The translations under genes and the position numbers were made by a program. The notes below the pieces were generated by a model. The model saw only the letters and a program-made list of their open reading frames with translations, had not been told where the DNA came from and did not search any database. Shown in pieces: positions 40,923 to 50,423 of a stretch of DNA of 64,000 nt (the first letter of the stretch is position 1; the number at the start of each line of letters is the position of its first letter). Source of the DNA: Pirellulaceae bacterium (GTDB lineage Bacteria; Planctomycetota; Planctomycetia; Pirellulales; Pirellulaceae); contig JAVJSD010000014.1 of NCBI GenBank assembly GCA_040219575.1, positions 66,120 through 130,119 of the forward strand, given 5' to 3'.

Positions 40923-41666
40923 TCACCGAGGCTTCTTCGACCGAAGACCTCCAGTCTCCGGTGATCCCGCTTTCGCCGGCGGCGGCGGGTAGCATATCGG
41001 CCCCCAATCTTCGTCTGAACCGTGGTCGATCCACACCAGCAGGAACGCCGGCAACAAACGCTGCATCATCGTCACGCAGCGCCGGAGCGAAGTACGGTTC
41101 AGCTTGCCGCCGTACGTCGCCGCCCCGTGAACGAGCTGGCAGCGCATTAGATAGATGCGGTCCAGCACGTGGTCCAGGATCATGGTCCAGCGATGTTCGG
41201 TGTACCAGTTGCCGGCTTTGTACTTGCTTCTCCGCGACTGGCCGGCCCACTCTGCCGACGGCTCCTGCCAGAAGAACTTGCTGAGGTGTTTGTCCTCCAG
41301 CAGCGTCATCACGAGCCGCTTGTGATCGGTGAGCGCCCCCGACACGTACTCCGACCGATCGAGTCGGAGGATCGCATCGACGAATGCCCGCCAGGTCTCT
41401 CGGTCCGGCTTCGGTTCCTGCCGCTGTTCATCCCATTGACCGTACAATGAATTGAACGCGATCCAGAGACTGATCAGGTCGAGGTCGAGGTCGTGGTCTT
41501 CGGCGCCGGCACCATCCTCGGTGCGGGCGAGCCAGCTGCATGCCCGATGAAAGCGGATACAAGTTGTCTGCTCGCCGCCTTTTGCCAGCAGACGCTCCTT
41601 GTGCGGCTTCCACCGGCGCCGGAGCAGGTGGACCGTCCATTCGCCCGTCGCAGAGGTCTCTTGCAT
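40923..41666 (-). CDS. hypothetical protein with HEPN-like R-x4-6-H motif
   Basis: RCQLVHG near the C-terminus, predicted alpha-helical. Directly upstream of and co-directional with the PD-(D/E)xK-like gene. Confidence 0.35.
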   Translation of the reverse strand: MQETSATGEWTVHLLRRRWKPHKERLLAKGGEQTTCIRFHRACSWLARTEDGAGAEDHDLDLDLISLWIAFNSLYGQWDEQRQEPKPDRETWRAFVDAILRLDRSEYVSGALTDHKRLVMTLLEDKHLSKFFWQEPSAEWAGQSRRSKYKAGNWYTEHRWTMILDHVLDRIYLMRCQLVHGAATYGGKLNRTSLRRCVTMMQRLLPAFLLVWIDHGSDEDWGPICYPPPPAKAGSPETGGLRSKKPR

Positions 41667-41896
41667 TACGTTTCCCCATTGTTGCGTCGGCCTCCATTTT
41701 GTCCGCGGATTGCGGGGAAAGCGAGGATTTTCTGCGGAGATGGTCGGACCACAACCGAAGGTCCGCGGATTGCCCTGGAGCAAAGACGCCAGCGAATGAT
41801 TGTAGGAATGTCCGGGCCAATGGACTGCGGAAACCGAGACAGTCGTCGAAATTGGCCCATGCGCTACAATCTCCTACACGAGACAGGAGAATGCGA

Positions 41897-42391
41897 ATGG
41901 CAATCAAACGAATCGAGCCAGGTCCTGGCCAGGAATCGGTCTGGGATTATCCCCGGCCACCGCGGCTAGAAGCCTGTTCTGAGCGCATCAAGGTCATTGT
42001 TGACGACGTGGTCGTTGCGGAGAGCGACCAGGCGAAACGCGTGTTGGAGACGAGCCACCCTCCGGTCTATTACCTCCCGCCGACTGACATCCGCATGGAT
42101 CTGCTGGAGTCGTCCGAAAGGCAATCCTGGTGCGAATGGAAGGGCAAGGCGCGCTACTTCGATGTCGTCGTTGGTGAGCGGAGGATTCCGAATGCGGCCT
42201 GGGCGTACCCGTCGCCAACGCGTGCGTTCGAGTCGATCCGCGATCATCTGGCCTTCTATCCACACCTGATGGATGCGTGCTTCGTCGGCGAAGAACGAGT
42301 GCTGGCTCAGGCCGGTGGATTCTACGGAGGCTGGATCACCAGCAATGTTGTCGGTCCCTTCAAAGGCGAGCCGGGCACGCGAGGATGGTAG
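41897..42391 (+). CDS. DUF427 domain protein
   Basis: YYLPPTDIRMDLL and CEWKGKARYFDV blocks typical of DUF427. Confidence 0.7.
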   Translation: MAIKRIEPGPGQESVWDYPRPPRLEACSERIKVIVDDVVVAESDQAKRVLETSHPPVYYLPPTDIRMDLLESSERQSWCEWKGKARYFDVVVGERRIPNAAWAYPSPTRAFESIRDHLAFYPHLMDACFVGEERVLAQAGGFYGGWITSNVVGPFKGEPGTRGW

Positions 42392-42439
42392 GAAGCCGAA
42401 TGACCGTCGCTGAGTACTTCAAGGAGCATAGGATCGCCC

Positions 42440-43360
42440 ATGACAACTCGTGATCCGACCGTTGCCATCATCGGCGCAGGTATTGGCGGCCTCAGTTGCG
42501 CTCGGCAACTTCACGCCTCCGGCTTTCGCGTCCGCGTTTTCGACAAGGGACGTGGCGTTGGAGGGCGGGTTTCAGTCCGACGCTCTGAGCGGGGCGCCGT
42601 GTTCGATCACGGTGCGCAATACTTCACCGTCAAGGATGTGGCGATGGTCGAGCAGGTTGAGCACTGGAAGGCCGCCGGAGTCGTCGCTCCGTGGGAAGGT
42701 CGGATTGGCTCGCTTAGTGAACGCCAATGGACGCCGACAATCTCTGAGACCACACGCTACGTGGGTGTACCCGGCATGTCCGCGATCGCCAAGCATCTGG
42801 CCGCCGATCTGGATGTCGTCCTCCAATGTCTGGTGACGGACGTTGCCCGCGACGGCCAGGGTTGGCGACTCACCGGCGAGGATCAAAGAGACTTGGGGGC
42901 ATTTGGCATTCTGATTCTCAACGCCCCAGCTCCCCAGTCGGCGACGCTTGTCCCGGAGTTTACGGGGTTTACAGACAGGATTCGCTCCGCCGAGATCGCA
43001 CCCTGCTGGGCCGTCATGTTGGCTTTCAATGAACGGTTGGACGTGCCGTGGGACGCCGCGTTCGTTGACGATTCGCCGCTCTCCTGGATTGCTCGCAACA
43101 GCAGCAAGCCTGGGCGGGCGACTGAGCCGGACTGCTGGGTGCTGCACGCCAGTCCCGAATGGTCGGCGCAGCATCTAGAGGATTCGCACGAATCGGTGAC
43201 GGCGAAATTACTCGCCAGTTTCTGGGATGCCCTCGGCGCGTCACCCCAGCCGCATGCACTTACGGCAGCGCACCGCTGGCGGTTCGCCCTACCCACCGAC
43301 CCCTTGGAACAACGCTGCCTGTTCGACTCAGAATTACGGTTGGGCACATGCGGTGATTGA
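42440..43360 (+). CDS. FAD/NAD(P)-binding oxidoreductase (renalase / amine-oxidase-like)
   Basis: N-terminal dinucleotide-binding GxGxxG (VAIIGAGIGGLSCA). Confidence 0.75.
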   Translation: MTTRDPTVAIIGAGIGGLSCARQLHASGFRVRVFDKGRGVGGRVSVRRSERGAVFDHGAQYFTVKDVAMVEQVEHWKAAGVVAPWEGRIGSLSERQWTPTISETTRYVGVPGMSAIAKHLAADLDVVLQCLVTDVARDGQGWRLTGEDQRDLGAFGILILNAPAPQSATLVPEFTGFTDRIRSAEIAPCWAVMLAFNERLDVPWDAAFVDDSPLSWIARNSSKPGRATEPDCWVLHASPEWSAQHLEDSHESVTAKLLASFWDALGASPQPHALTAAHRWRFALPTDPLEQRCLFDSELRLGTCGD

Positions 43361-43511
43361 TGCGGCGGCCCGCGCGTCGAGGGTGCCTATCTCAGTGGGC
43401 GCGCGTTGGCCGAAGCGGTCTGTAATTTGGCCTGATTTACAGAATGAGACGCAAAAACTGGCCCGATCCGGCGACTTCGCTCGCCCGACATCTGGCCTAC
43501 AAAAAAGTGCC

Positions 43512-43943
43512 GTGAATCGCATCCTGATCGACACAAACGCATTTGTCGCCGCGGCTTACAACCCTGAGTCGGCAAGCCGGAAGATCGTGCGGGCTGTAGA
43601 GCGCGGCGAACTCAAGTTGATCGTCAGCCCGGAAATCGTCCGGGAGTACAAGGCGATCCTGCCCAAGGCCGTTCGTTCCGGCGAAGCGCGGGACTGGCTT
43701 TGGCAGGTCATCGAGATGGCGGAGCGTGTCACGCTGGCGGAGAATCCGCCCGTGACCGAGGATCGCGCCGACGACAAGTTCCTGGCTGCGGCGGTGGCCG
43801 GCGTAGCCGATGCAATTGTCAGCAGCGACCAGCACCTGCTGGACGTTCATCCCTACGCGGGAATTGACATCCTGCGCCCGACGGAGTTCTGGGACCGGTT
43901 CTCCACCGACAGTGATGAATCAGGACCGTCCGGCCCGGTGTGA
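43512..43943 (+). CDS. PIN-domain protein (VapC-like), no obvious cognate antitoxin
   Basis: ILIDTNAF N-terminal PIN motif and later acidic residues. GTG start. Confidence 0.6.
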   Translation: MNRILIDTNAFVAAAYNPESASRKIVRAVERGELKLIVSPEIVREYKAILPKAVRSGEARDWLWQVIEMAERVTLAENPPVTEDRADDKFLAAAVAGVADAIVSSDQHLLDVHPYAGIDILRPTEFWDRFSTDSDESGPSGPV

Positions 43944-43963
43944 CGCCGGCCAGGCGACTTTGC

Positions 43964-44458
43964 TCAGTCTCGCGCCCAATGCTCACACAGAGGGCCGTCC
44001 GTCCCGTACACGGGATCGGCCTCGGGCAGCGGCGTGGCTGCGATCCGCTGCTCCGCCGCTTGTCGCTCCTCCGTCTCGCCGCGCATCAGGTCGTAGTTCT
44101 CCTGGCCGGCGGGGTACGCTCCCACGACCAGAAAGTCGCTGGACGCGTTGATCCGCTTGTGGCCGCTGCCGGTGGGCAGAATCGCCACGTCGCCGGCCTT
44201 CACGGAATGCACCGGTCCCTGCGGCCCGCCGAACTGAACCTCGGCGCTGCCGGCGCAGACACCCAGCACTTCATGGGCGTTGCTGTGGAAATGGTGGTAC
44301 GAGAAGACTCCGTTGCGCCACGAGCCACGCCAACCGTTCTCCGCGAATAGCCGCTCGAACTCTCCCGCCGCCTCCGTGCCTCGACTGCCGAGGGCCTCCT
44401 TGTAGATCAGCAACGGCAGATTCGGATTGTTGGGGGGAATCGAGCATGTGTGAAGCAA
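43964..44458 (-). CDS. cupin-domain protein
   Basis: Cupin motifs (HFHSNAHEVLGV, GDVAILPTGSGH). Confidence 0.7.
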   Translation of the reverse strand: MLHTCSIPPNNPNLPLLIYKEALGSRGTEAAGEFERLFAENGWRGSWRNGVFSYHHFHSNAHEVLGVCAGSAEVQFGGPQGPVHSVKAGDVAILPTGSGHKRINASSDFLVVGAYPAGQENYDLMRGETEERQAAEQRIAATPLPEADPVYGTDGPLCEHWARD

Positions 44459-44534
44459 CCTGGACCTGCTCAGCGGGCTTCCTGGTCATGTTGGGACTCG
44501 CAGGACAACGCGCAAAACGAGTTAAGACACCAAC

Positions 44535-47500
44535 TTATTGGGAGAGTTGCTTCGTCAAGGACCACACGTTGCCAACTCGATGTTCTAGCAAAGCGTCCCA
44601 GGCGTCGAGACAACGTCGCCGGACATGCAATCGTTCTGAGCCTTCCGCTTGTTCGTAAAGTCGAAGAAGAAGTGGACTGATTTCTTCGCCTGCATAGGAC
44701 ATAGGACGAGTGCCTTTGACTTCGAGGGAATCTAGCTCGCCACATAGGTTTTTGCATGCGTCAAAAATCACGTCAGAAAAAGGGACTAACGATTCTGGAT
44801 GTTGTTCCAGTGCGCGCAAGAGCTGCTCCGGTCTATCGCGGAAAGCCGACGAAATGGCGAGTTTATGTAAGAAAGGAGCGGTCTCGGGAAACCGGAGAAG
44901 CTGATCGACTCGAAACATGGCCTGTCGGCGAACTTGCTCTTCTGAGTCATCAAAATAGCGAGCTAACAGCGTGCGGCACGGTTCCGAGTAATCGAGCGTC
45001 GTGACAAGCTGTGCCGCTGCTTTGGCAACGCCCTTGCGTTGAGGTACAGAGCCTCCACAGCATCTTTTCACTTCCTCGTCAAATAGCCCAAAGAACACCC
45101 ATCGGGCTGCCATTTCGGCCGCGGCTACCTCGGCTACGTCCTCATGTGGCGAGGCGGCCATGCGGCGTATTAACGGACAGAGCACGTGGGCATACGCAGG
45201 AAAGGCAAAATTGAATACTCGACACGCATCACGACAGGCGCCTACTCGATCCTCACTCGCGGCTCGCACCAGCCAATGTACGGCAGAATCACGCTCCAGA
45301 TTCCAGACGGGCAAACAAATCCCAACGGCCGCGAGGCGGACAACTGGATGTGGATCCTCAAGGAGTCGTTCGATTTCCGGACGAAACCGGTCTAACAAAT
45401 CTGGCCTTCGGAAGAGAATCGCTGCGATCGCATGTGCAGCAAGTCCTCTGACGCAATTGATCGCGTTGTGCTCCAGCACTTGAACGCTGCATTGCGATGC
45501 CCGCTGGTTGCAGTGAACATGTAGCGTGTCGCCATCTGGATCACAGTGATCGACAAGGTCGGCTAAGCGATGAACTATTTTCTCCGACACTTCGATGTCG
45601 TCTCGATGCACAATAATAGTGCAGAAGGCGCAGCATAGTTCAGCCTCGGCACTCCTCGGTATATGCTCCAAGACTGCCTGTACACTCGTCGCCGAGGCCG
45701 GTGACCAATCTGCTCGGCGATCATCACGGACCTCGGATGGCGGCGATTGCACATGCAAGCTTTGCATTATTGCGGCAAGGTAATCAGGCGGCACGGCATC
45801 AGGTAGCCTTAGAGCTAGTCGGGAAAACCGCTCCGGCTCGCGAAGCGCGGCCGTACGAAGGTCGCGCGCGAACATCTCAACCGAAGTCTCAATGACTGTA
45901 CCTTGTCTGTAGGAGTGGCCCCACCTCGCAGCGCCACGACGGGGAATGTCGCCGTTGGTGATAAGCGATAGCCAAGCGGTGTCGCTCAAATGGTCAACCA
46001 TTCGCAGGTCGATCGGAGAGCGGACTCCGCCACCTTGTGGCTTCGGACGGCAGAAGAACTCTTCACTTTCGTGGGAAAATTTTTCAGCCAGCACTCCGAT
46101 TCGACCGACAGTCTCCGTCGATCGCCGCGTCGCATCGAGAGCAGGCAACAAGAAATACTGGGCAGCTCCAAACTTATTACGGAAGTCGCCGTCGCGTGTT
46201 TCCTCCAACCACCACCGCGCAAGTCGCTTTTCCTCTGGATCACGGAACGCATGAACCGCTGTTTCCAGTTCCGCGAATACTTCATCGGAGCAGTGTGGAG
46301 ACTGTTTAGCGATGAGGCACGTTGCTGGATTCCATTTCGGATGCCGAACTCCAGCGCCACACTGAAATCGCCTTTTGTCGTCAAGTAACCACCGAACCGC
46401 GATGTCGGCGAAAGCCGGCGGAAGCGCAGCATGGCATGATACGAGTACCTCTTGAATTATGCGAGAGCGTCTTCCATCTAGTTCATCGGCGACGCGAAGG
46501 AAGGTTTCAGGCGCTCGACGAGCGATTTCGCGTCCGGCTGCGCGCAGGGCGGAAATCAAGAGACGCGGAATGTGAATTCGATCCTCCCACGGTTTAAACT
46601 CGCGGCGTTTCCGCTCATTGGCGCGCTGCCTACGACGCTCGATGAGAAGTCGTATCAATTCCGCACTCAGTAGTCGCCACGTCAATCTTGGAACTCGGCG
46701 CGCTGCACGGCCAACAGCACGCCAATCAGGCGAGCCTACGGTCCCAAGAGGCAATGAGCTGGAGAACATGCGAGACTTCACGTCCGGCACTTTTGACAAG
46801 CAAGTGGCAAACATCCGAATTGCACGTGCAGGATTGTTCTCAGCGATCTTGCTCCACGGAAAGTGGTCCGGAAGGGCTCCTTGTCGCGCACAATCCAGTC
46901 GCAATCTAAACATCACGTCTGGTTCGCCGTGTGGCTCAGATCTGACAAGCGTCCGTTCGATCTGGCGCGCCCACTCTTCGCCTCTTCTCAAGAGTGGTCG
47001 GCAGATGCTGGCCACTAATTCTGGGCACCGGTCGGCTACCGAGCGGACAAGCATCAGGGCGTCGTTCTCCTGCTCCGCATTTCCCGAGTCCAACCAGTCA
47101 TGGAGGAGCCCAGTCTTACCGAAAGCAGTGACGTATCGTGACTCACCGCGGACAACGAGCGATAGAATAAGGTCCCGCCATACGCAGTCGCGCACCAGAG
47201 CGAGGACCAGCGCTTCCGTGGTGTCCGTCGGAGATACTTGGCTTAGTGCTTCAAGAGCTAACTGCTTGATATGAAATCGGACTTCGCTATCGGACAATAG
47301 TTCGTTTATCCCACTCACAAATCGTGCGGGGTCTTCGTCGGCAATTAAGAACAACAGCTGTCGGAGTTGTTCGCGTCGAAAGAGCGATTGTCGATCCCGC
47401 TCGCCGAGCCACTCAAGAACCGAGCATCCACCAATCAAGACGGTGCCGGCAGCACGGTCGGCAATTAGGAAATCCAGATAGCACTGATGGCAAAAAGTCA

Positions 47501-49172
47501 CCTTCCGACGACTTACTTGAATAACACCAAGAGTTTGCAGTTCTGTTGTGGCTTTCTCCTGTCGCTCGATAAGTTGCGCTGGCGCGGTCAGTTCAGCATG
47601 CTCTTCCATGTAGCGGACAAGCGTGTCGAGTAGCGCGTCCCGTTCCGTGGCAGTGATCCCCGCTTTTTCAACTTCGATACGGCGATTACGCCAAAACTCG
47701 CGCATCAGCCCTGTGGCTGAATCGAAATCCGGCGAAGGCTCTCCAGCTAGGACGATTTCTGACCACATGGCAAGGTTTTGCACTGTGCGCAACAGTGAAC
47801 GCCGCGTTGGCGTCAATCGGCCCGGATCAAGCCCGCAGAGTTCGACAGTTTCCTTTACTGCGAGGTCTGGCAATTCTTGAACCTCGACTTCCTGAACCTG
47901 GTCCGCCTTCCTACCACGAAGCCACTGGCGGATTTGCGGATCGTTGTTGAGATCGAATGTTCGGCAGGAAATGAGTACACTGAGTTTACAACCAAGCTGT
48001 CGCAAACTTTTGACCTCCCGGAGGAGCGATTTGCAGACGCCAAGTCCTTCCGCAGAATGTGCACCGGTCCAGCGAAGCGCATCGAGTTGATCAAGGATCA
48101 ACACTCCACGACCGCTCGCCGCAAGCTGTTGCAGACATACTACCGGGGAATCGGGCAGCCCTAAGTCGATGCCGAACTGGCGAGCGTGGCCACGCGCCGA
48201 TTTTCGATCCAGTCGAATTGGGATAAAGGGAGTTCCCATCTCGGTCAAGCGTTCAGCAACTGCGTAGAGAACACCGCTTTTCCCACGGCCTGCCGCCCCA
48301 TGCAGAATGACGATCTCCGGCGCATCGTCAGCATTCAACTCGTCAATAATCGCTTCTGTTTCCGACCTGGGAATAAGCCGACCCGCTGCCAGTTTCGGTC
48401 GAATCGAATCAAGGAAGTCTTGGCAGAGTTCGTTGACTTGGAGATAGATGCGATTGTCGGCGGTTAGCCGTCGTACCTGCATTTCTTTACTTTGGACGTG
48501 CTGGAACACTTCCAAGGCGGTGAGGGTCTTACGAAGGTTGTTTTCGGCGAAGTCCGCGAGGACTGCAATTACAACGTCGGGATTTGCGGCAACTGATGTT
48601 TCGGCCATGAAGCGTAGGTCGTCATTAGCGTGCCGGTCGTCGCAGGCAAGATGCACATGGGTGCGACGAAGGAAGTCAAAGGCTTCCGCACGGCCATCGG
48701 ACGTGTGCGCATCAAGCATCAGACTGCGACACAGGTCCTGGAATGCGTCACGCCGCTTCTTCCCCAAAGCGTTGATTTGATGCTGTACAAAGCTCTCCGC
48801 ATCACCAGAAGAGTCGCGGGCACTCTGGGAAATATCGCGAAGTTCGCTTGCGGGAACTGCCGAGACTAAAGCGAAATCGTGGTTAGAGCTACGGTTAAGA
48901 TGGGCCTTCGCAGATCCAAGGACTCCTCGCTGGTCAAGGTCGGCAAGTGACCAGTTGCTCTTGCTGCGGTTGCGTGCCTTGCACTGCTGGGCTTCGCGAC
49001 GCCCATCATTCCTTTCAACCCAGAGATCAACTCCGGCTTCATCGTCTCCAATTGCTTCAATAGTTATGGACCGAAGCCGTTCGTGCAGCAACAGCAGAAG
49101 CTGTCGCACTACCCAACGTCCCTCGTATCGGTTTCCCAACTTGTCAGCATAACCGCCGGGCTCAAAGGCCAT
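44535..49172 (-). CDS. Avs-like antiviral STAND NTPase with N-terminal Mrr-like PD-(D/E)xK nuclease domain
   Basis: N-terminal Mrr_cat-like pattern (YEGRWVVRQLLLL ... IGDDEAGVDLWVE ... EAQQCK). Walker A (HGAAGRGKSG) about 290 aa in, and Walker B (VLILDQLDAL). About 1000 aa of helical-repeat sensor-like C-terminus. AGGGGA Shine-Dalgarno site upstream. Lower GC. Confidence 0.7.
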   Translation of the reverse strand: MAFEPGGYADKLGNRYEGRWVVRQLLLLLHERLRSITIEAIGDDEAGVDLWVERNDGRREAQQCKARNRSKSNWSLADLDQRGVLGSAKAHLNRSSNHDFALVSAVPASELRDISQSARDSSGDAESFVQHQINALGKKRRDAFQDLCRSLMLDAHTSDGRAEAFDFLRRTHVHLACDDRHANDDLRFMAETSVAANPDVVIAVLADFAENNLRKTLTALEVFQHVQSKEMQVRRLTADNRIYLQVNELCQDFLDSIRPKLAAGRLIPRSETEAIIDELNADDAPEIVILHGAAGRGKSGVLYAVAERLTEMGTPFIPIRLDRKSARGHARQFGIDLGLPDSPVVCLQQLAASGRGVLILDQLDALRWTGAHSAEGLGVCKSLLREVKSLRQLGCKLSVLISCRTFDLNNDPQIRQWLRGRKADQVQEVEVQELPDLAVKETVELCGLDPGRLTPTRRSLLRTVQNLAMWSEIVLAGEPSPDFDSATGLMREFWRNRRIEVEKAGITATERDALLDTLVRYMEEHAELTAPAQLIERQEKATTELQTLGVIQVSRRKVTFCHQCYLDFLIADRAAGTVLIGGCSVLEWLGERDRQSLFRREQLRQLLFLIADEDPARFVSGINELLSDSEVRFHIKQLALEALSQVSPTDTTEALVLALVRDCVWRDLILSLVVRGESRYVTAFGKTGLLHDWLDSGNAEQENDALMLVRSVADRCPELVASICRPLLRRGEEWARQIERTLVRSEPHGEPDVMFRLRLDCARQGALPDHFPWSKIAENNPARAIRMFATCLSKVPDVKSRMFSSSLPLGTVGSPDWRAVGRAARRVPRLTWRLLSAELIRLLIERRRQRANERKRREFKPWEDRIHIPRLLISALRAAGREIARRAPETFLRVADELDGRRSRIIQEVLVSCHAALPPAFADIAVRWLLDDKRRFQCGAGVRHPKWNPATCLIAKQSPHCSDEVFAELETAVHAFRDPEEKRLARWWLEETRDGDFRNKFGAAQYFLLPALDATRRSTETVGRIGVLAEKFSHESEEFFCRPKPQGGGVRSPIDLRMVDHLSDTAWLSLITNGDIPRRGAARWGHSYRQGTVIETSVEMFARDLRTAALREPERFSRLALRLPDAVPPDYLAAIMQSLHVQSPPSEVRDDRRADWSPASATSVQAVLEHIPRSAEAELCCAFCTIIVHRDDIEVSEKIVHRLADLVDHCDPDGDTLHVHCNQRASQCSVQVLEHNAINCVRGLAAHAIAAILFRRPDLLDRFRPEIERLLEDPHPVVRLAAVGICLPVWNLERDSAVHWLVRAASEDRVGACRDACRVFNFAFPAYAHVLCPLIRRMAASPHEDVAEVAAAEMAARWVFFGLFDEEVKRCCGGSVPQRKGVAKAAAQLVTTLDYSEPCRTLLARYFDDSEEQVRRQAMFRVDQLLRFPETAPFLHKLAISSAFRDRPEQLLRALEQHPESLVPFSDVIFDACKNLCGELDSLEVKGTRPMSYAGEEISPLLLRLYEQAEGSERLHVRRRCLDAWDALLEHRVGNVWSLTKQLSQ

Positions 49173-49385
49173 GGTTCCCCTGCTTCCGTGACACAGTAGA
49201 TATGCTTCGACACTCCCTCAGCCACCGGCACCCGGTTCGCCCCCATCTGCGTACGTTGATTGTGCTGGTCATACCGCTTTGCTGCAAGAATTCGTCCGGC
49301 TCAGTCTAGTCCCAGGGTGTCCCCATTGACAACGCCCGCGGTCCGATTATGCGACCCGGGGGCGTCGAACTTTCGCTGTTGCCGA

Positions 49386-50423
49386 TCAAATCGCAAACGG
49401 CTTGGCCGTCTGCCACTTGTTGTCGGCGAGCCACTTCTTCGTGGCCGGCAGCGAGGCGTACACGATCCGCTCGCCGTCGCGAATCACCTGGCCGGTGAAC
49501 CGACCGGGCTGGACCGTCTCGATCGACAAGCCGGCGGTGGACTCGTCACAGGTGAGCATCAACTGCTCGTCAAGCAGGTCGCGCACCGTCGCCCTGGCTC
49601 GCTCGTCTTCCTGGCGGGCGATCTCGGCGATCACCGATTCCAGTTCGTCGAGCGAACCGATGTCGTCCGGCAGCGGCGTACGCGATGCCGGCACTGCGGC
49701 GCGCTCGCCCTTGAGTTGCGCGACGCGAATCGCCAGCGACCCGTAGCACTCACGGATCAAGCACGGCCACACGCTCCGCCAGTAGGCATGGGACGGAGCA
49801 CGCTCGACACCGACTACCTGGTCGTCGACCAGGATGATCGCGCCGATCTGTCGCGGCACGCACTCGAATTCGGCGACGAACTCGTCCAGCTCCTTCTGGA
49901 AGTGCTTGAGGAAGAACTCCAAGTGGCCAGCGGCCTGGAGTCCCATCTCCCGGTTGAACAGCGAAATGGCTTCCCACAGCTTGTTGAAGCTCGTCTCCTG
50001 CCGGACCTCCAGCGCTCGCTCCCGCAGCGCGTACGGGAGAATCAGCATCCGGTACGATCCGCGCTGGATGAAGCCGCCCTGCGACTGCTGGATGCACATC
50101 GCCGTGTCGAACGACCGCTGGCCGGCCGATCGAACCACGCCGGCATGCGCCATGGCGTGGTCCTGAGCGGCCTGCTTGACGACGTAGCCGGCGTGGCACG
50201 GGACGATCAGCACACAGTCACCCGGGTTGCGGAATCCAAGCGTTCCGTAGCTCGTCGTGAACACCTCGGCCTCGCCCTCGACGGGCGAGACGAAGCGATC
50301 GTCGGAAAGCTCACTCACCAGCGGAATGACCTGCATGTAGCCGACGCTCTGGATGCGGCCCGGCGTGCAGCCGTGCAGCACGTCAGCCACGCGGATCGTC
50401 TTCTGTCGGTTACGAAACACCAT
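49386..50423 (-). CDS. hypothetical protein, upstream partner of a vWA gene (14-bp overlap)
   Basis: 345 aa. No family recognised by eye. Translationally coupled to the vWA gene. Confidence 0.5.
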   Translation of the reverse strand: MVFRNRQKTIRVADVLHGCTPGRIQSVGYMQVIPLVSELSDDRFVSPVEGEAEVFTTSYGTLGFRNPGDCVLIVPCHAGYVVKQAAQDHAMAHAGVVRSAGQRSFDTAMCIQQSQGGFIQRGSYRMLILPYALRERALEVRQETSFNKLWEAISLFNREMGLQAAGHLEFFLKHFQKELDEFVAEFECVPRQIGAIILVDDQVVGVERAPSHAYWRSVWPCLIRECYGSLAIRVAQLKGERAAVPASRTPLPDDIGSLDELESVIAEIARQEDERARATVRDLLDEQLMLTCDESTAGLSIETVQPGRFTGQVIRDGERIVYASLPATKKWLADNKWQTAKPFAI

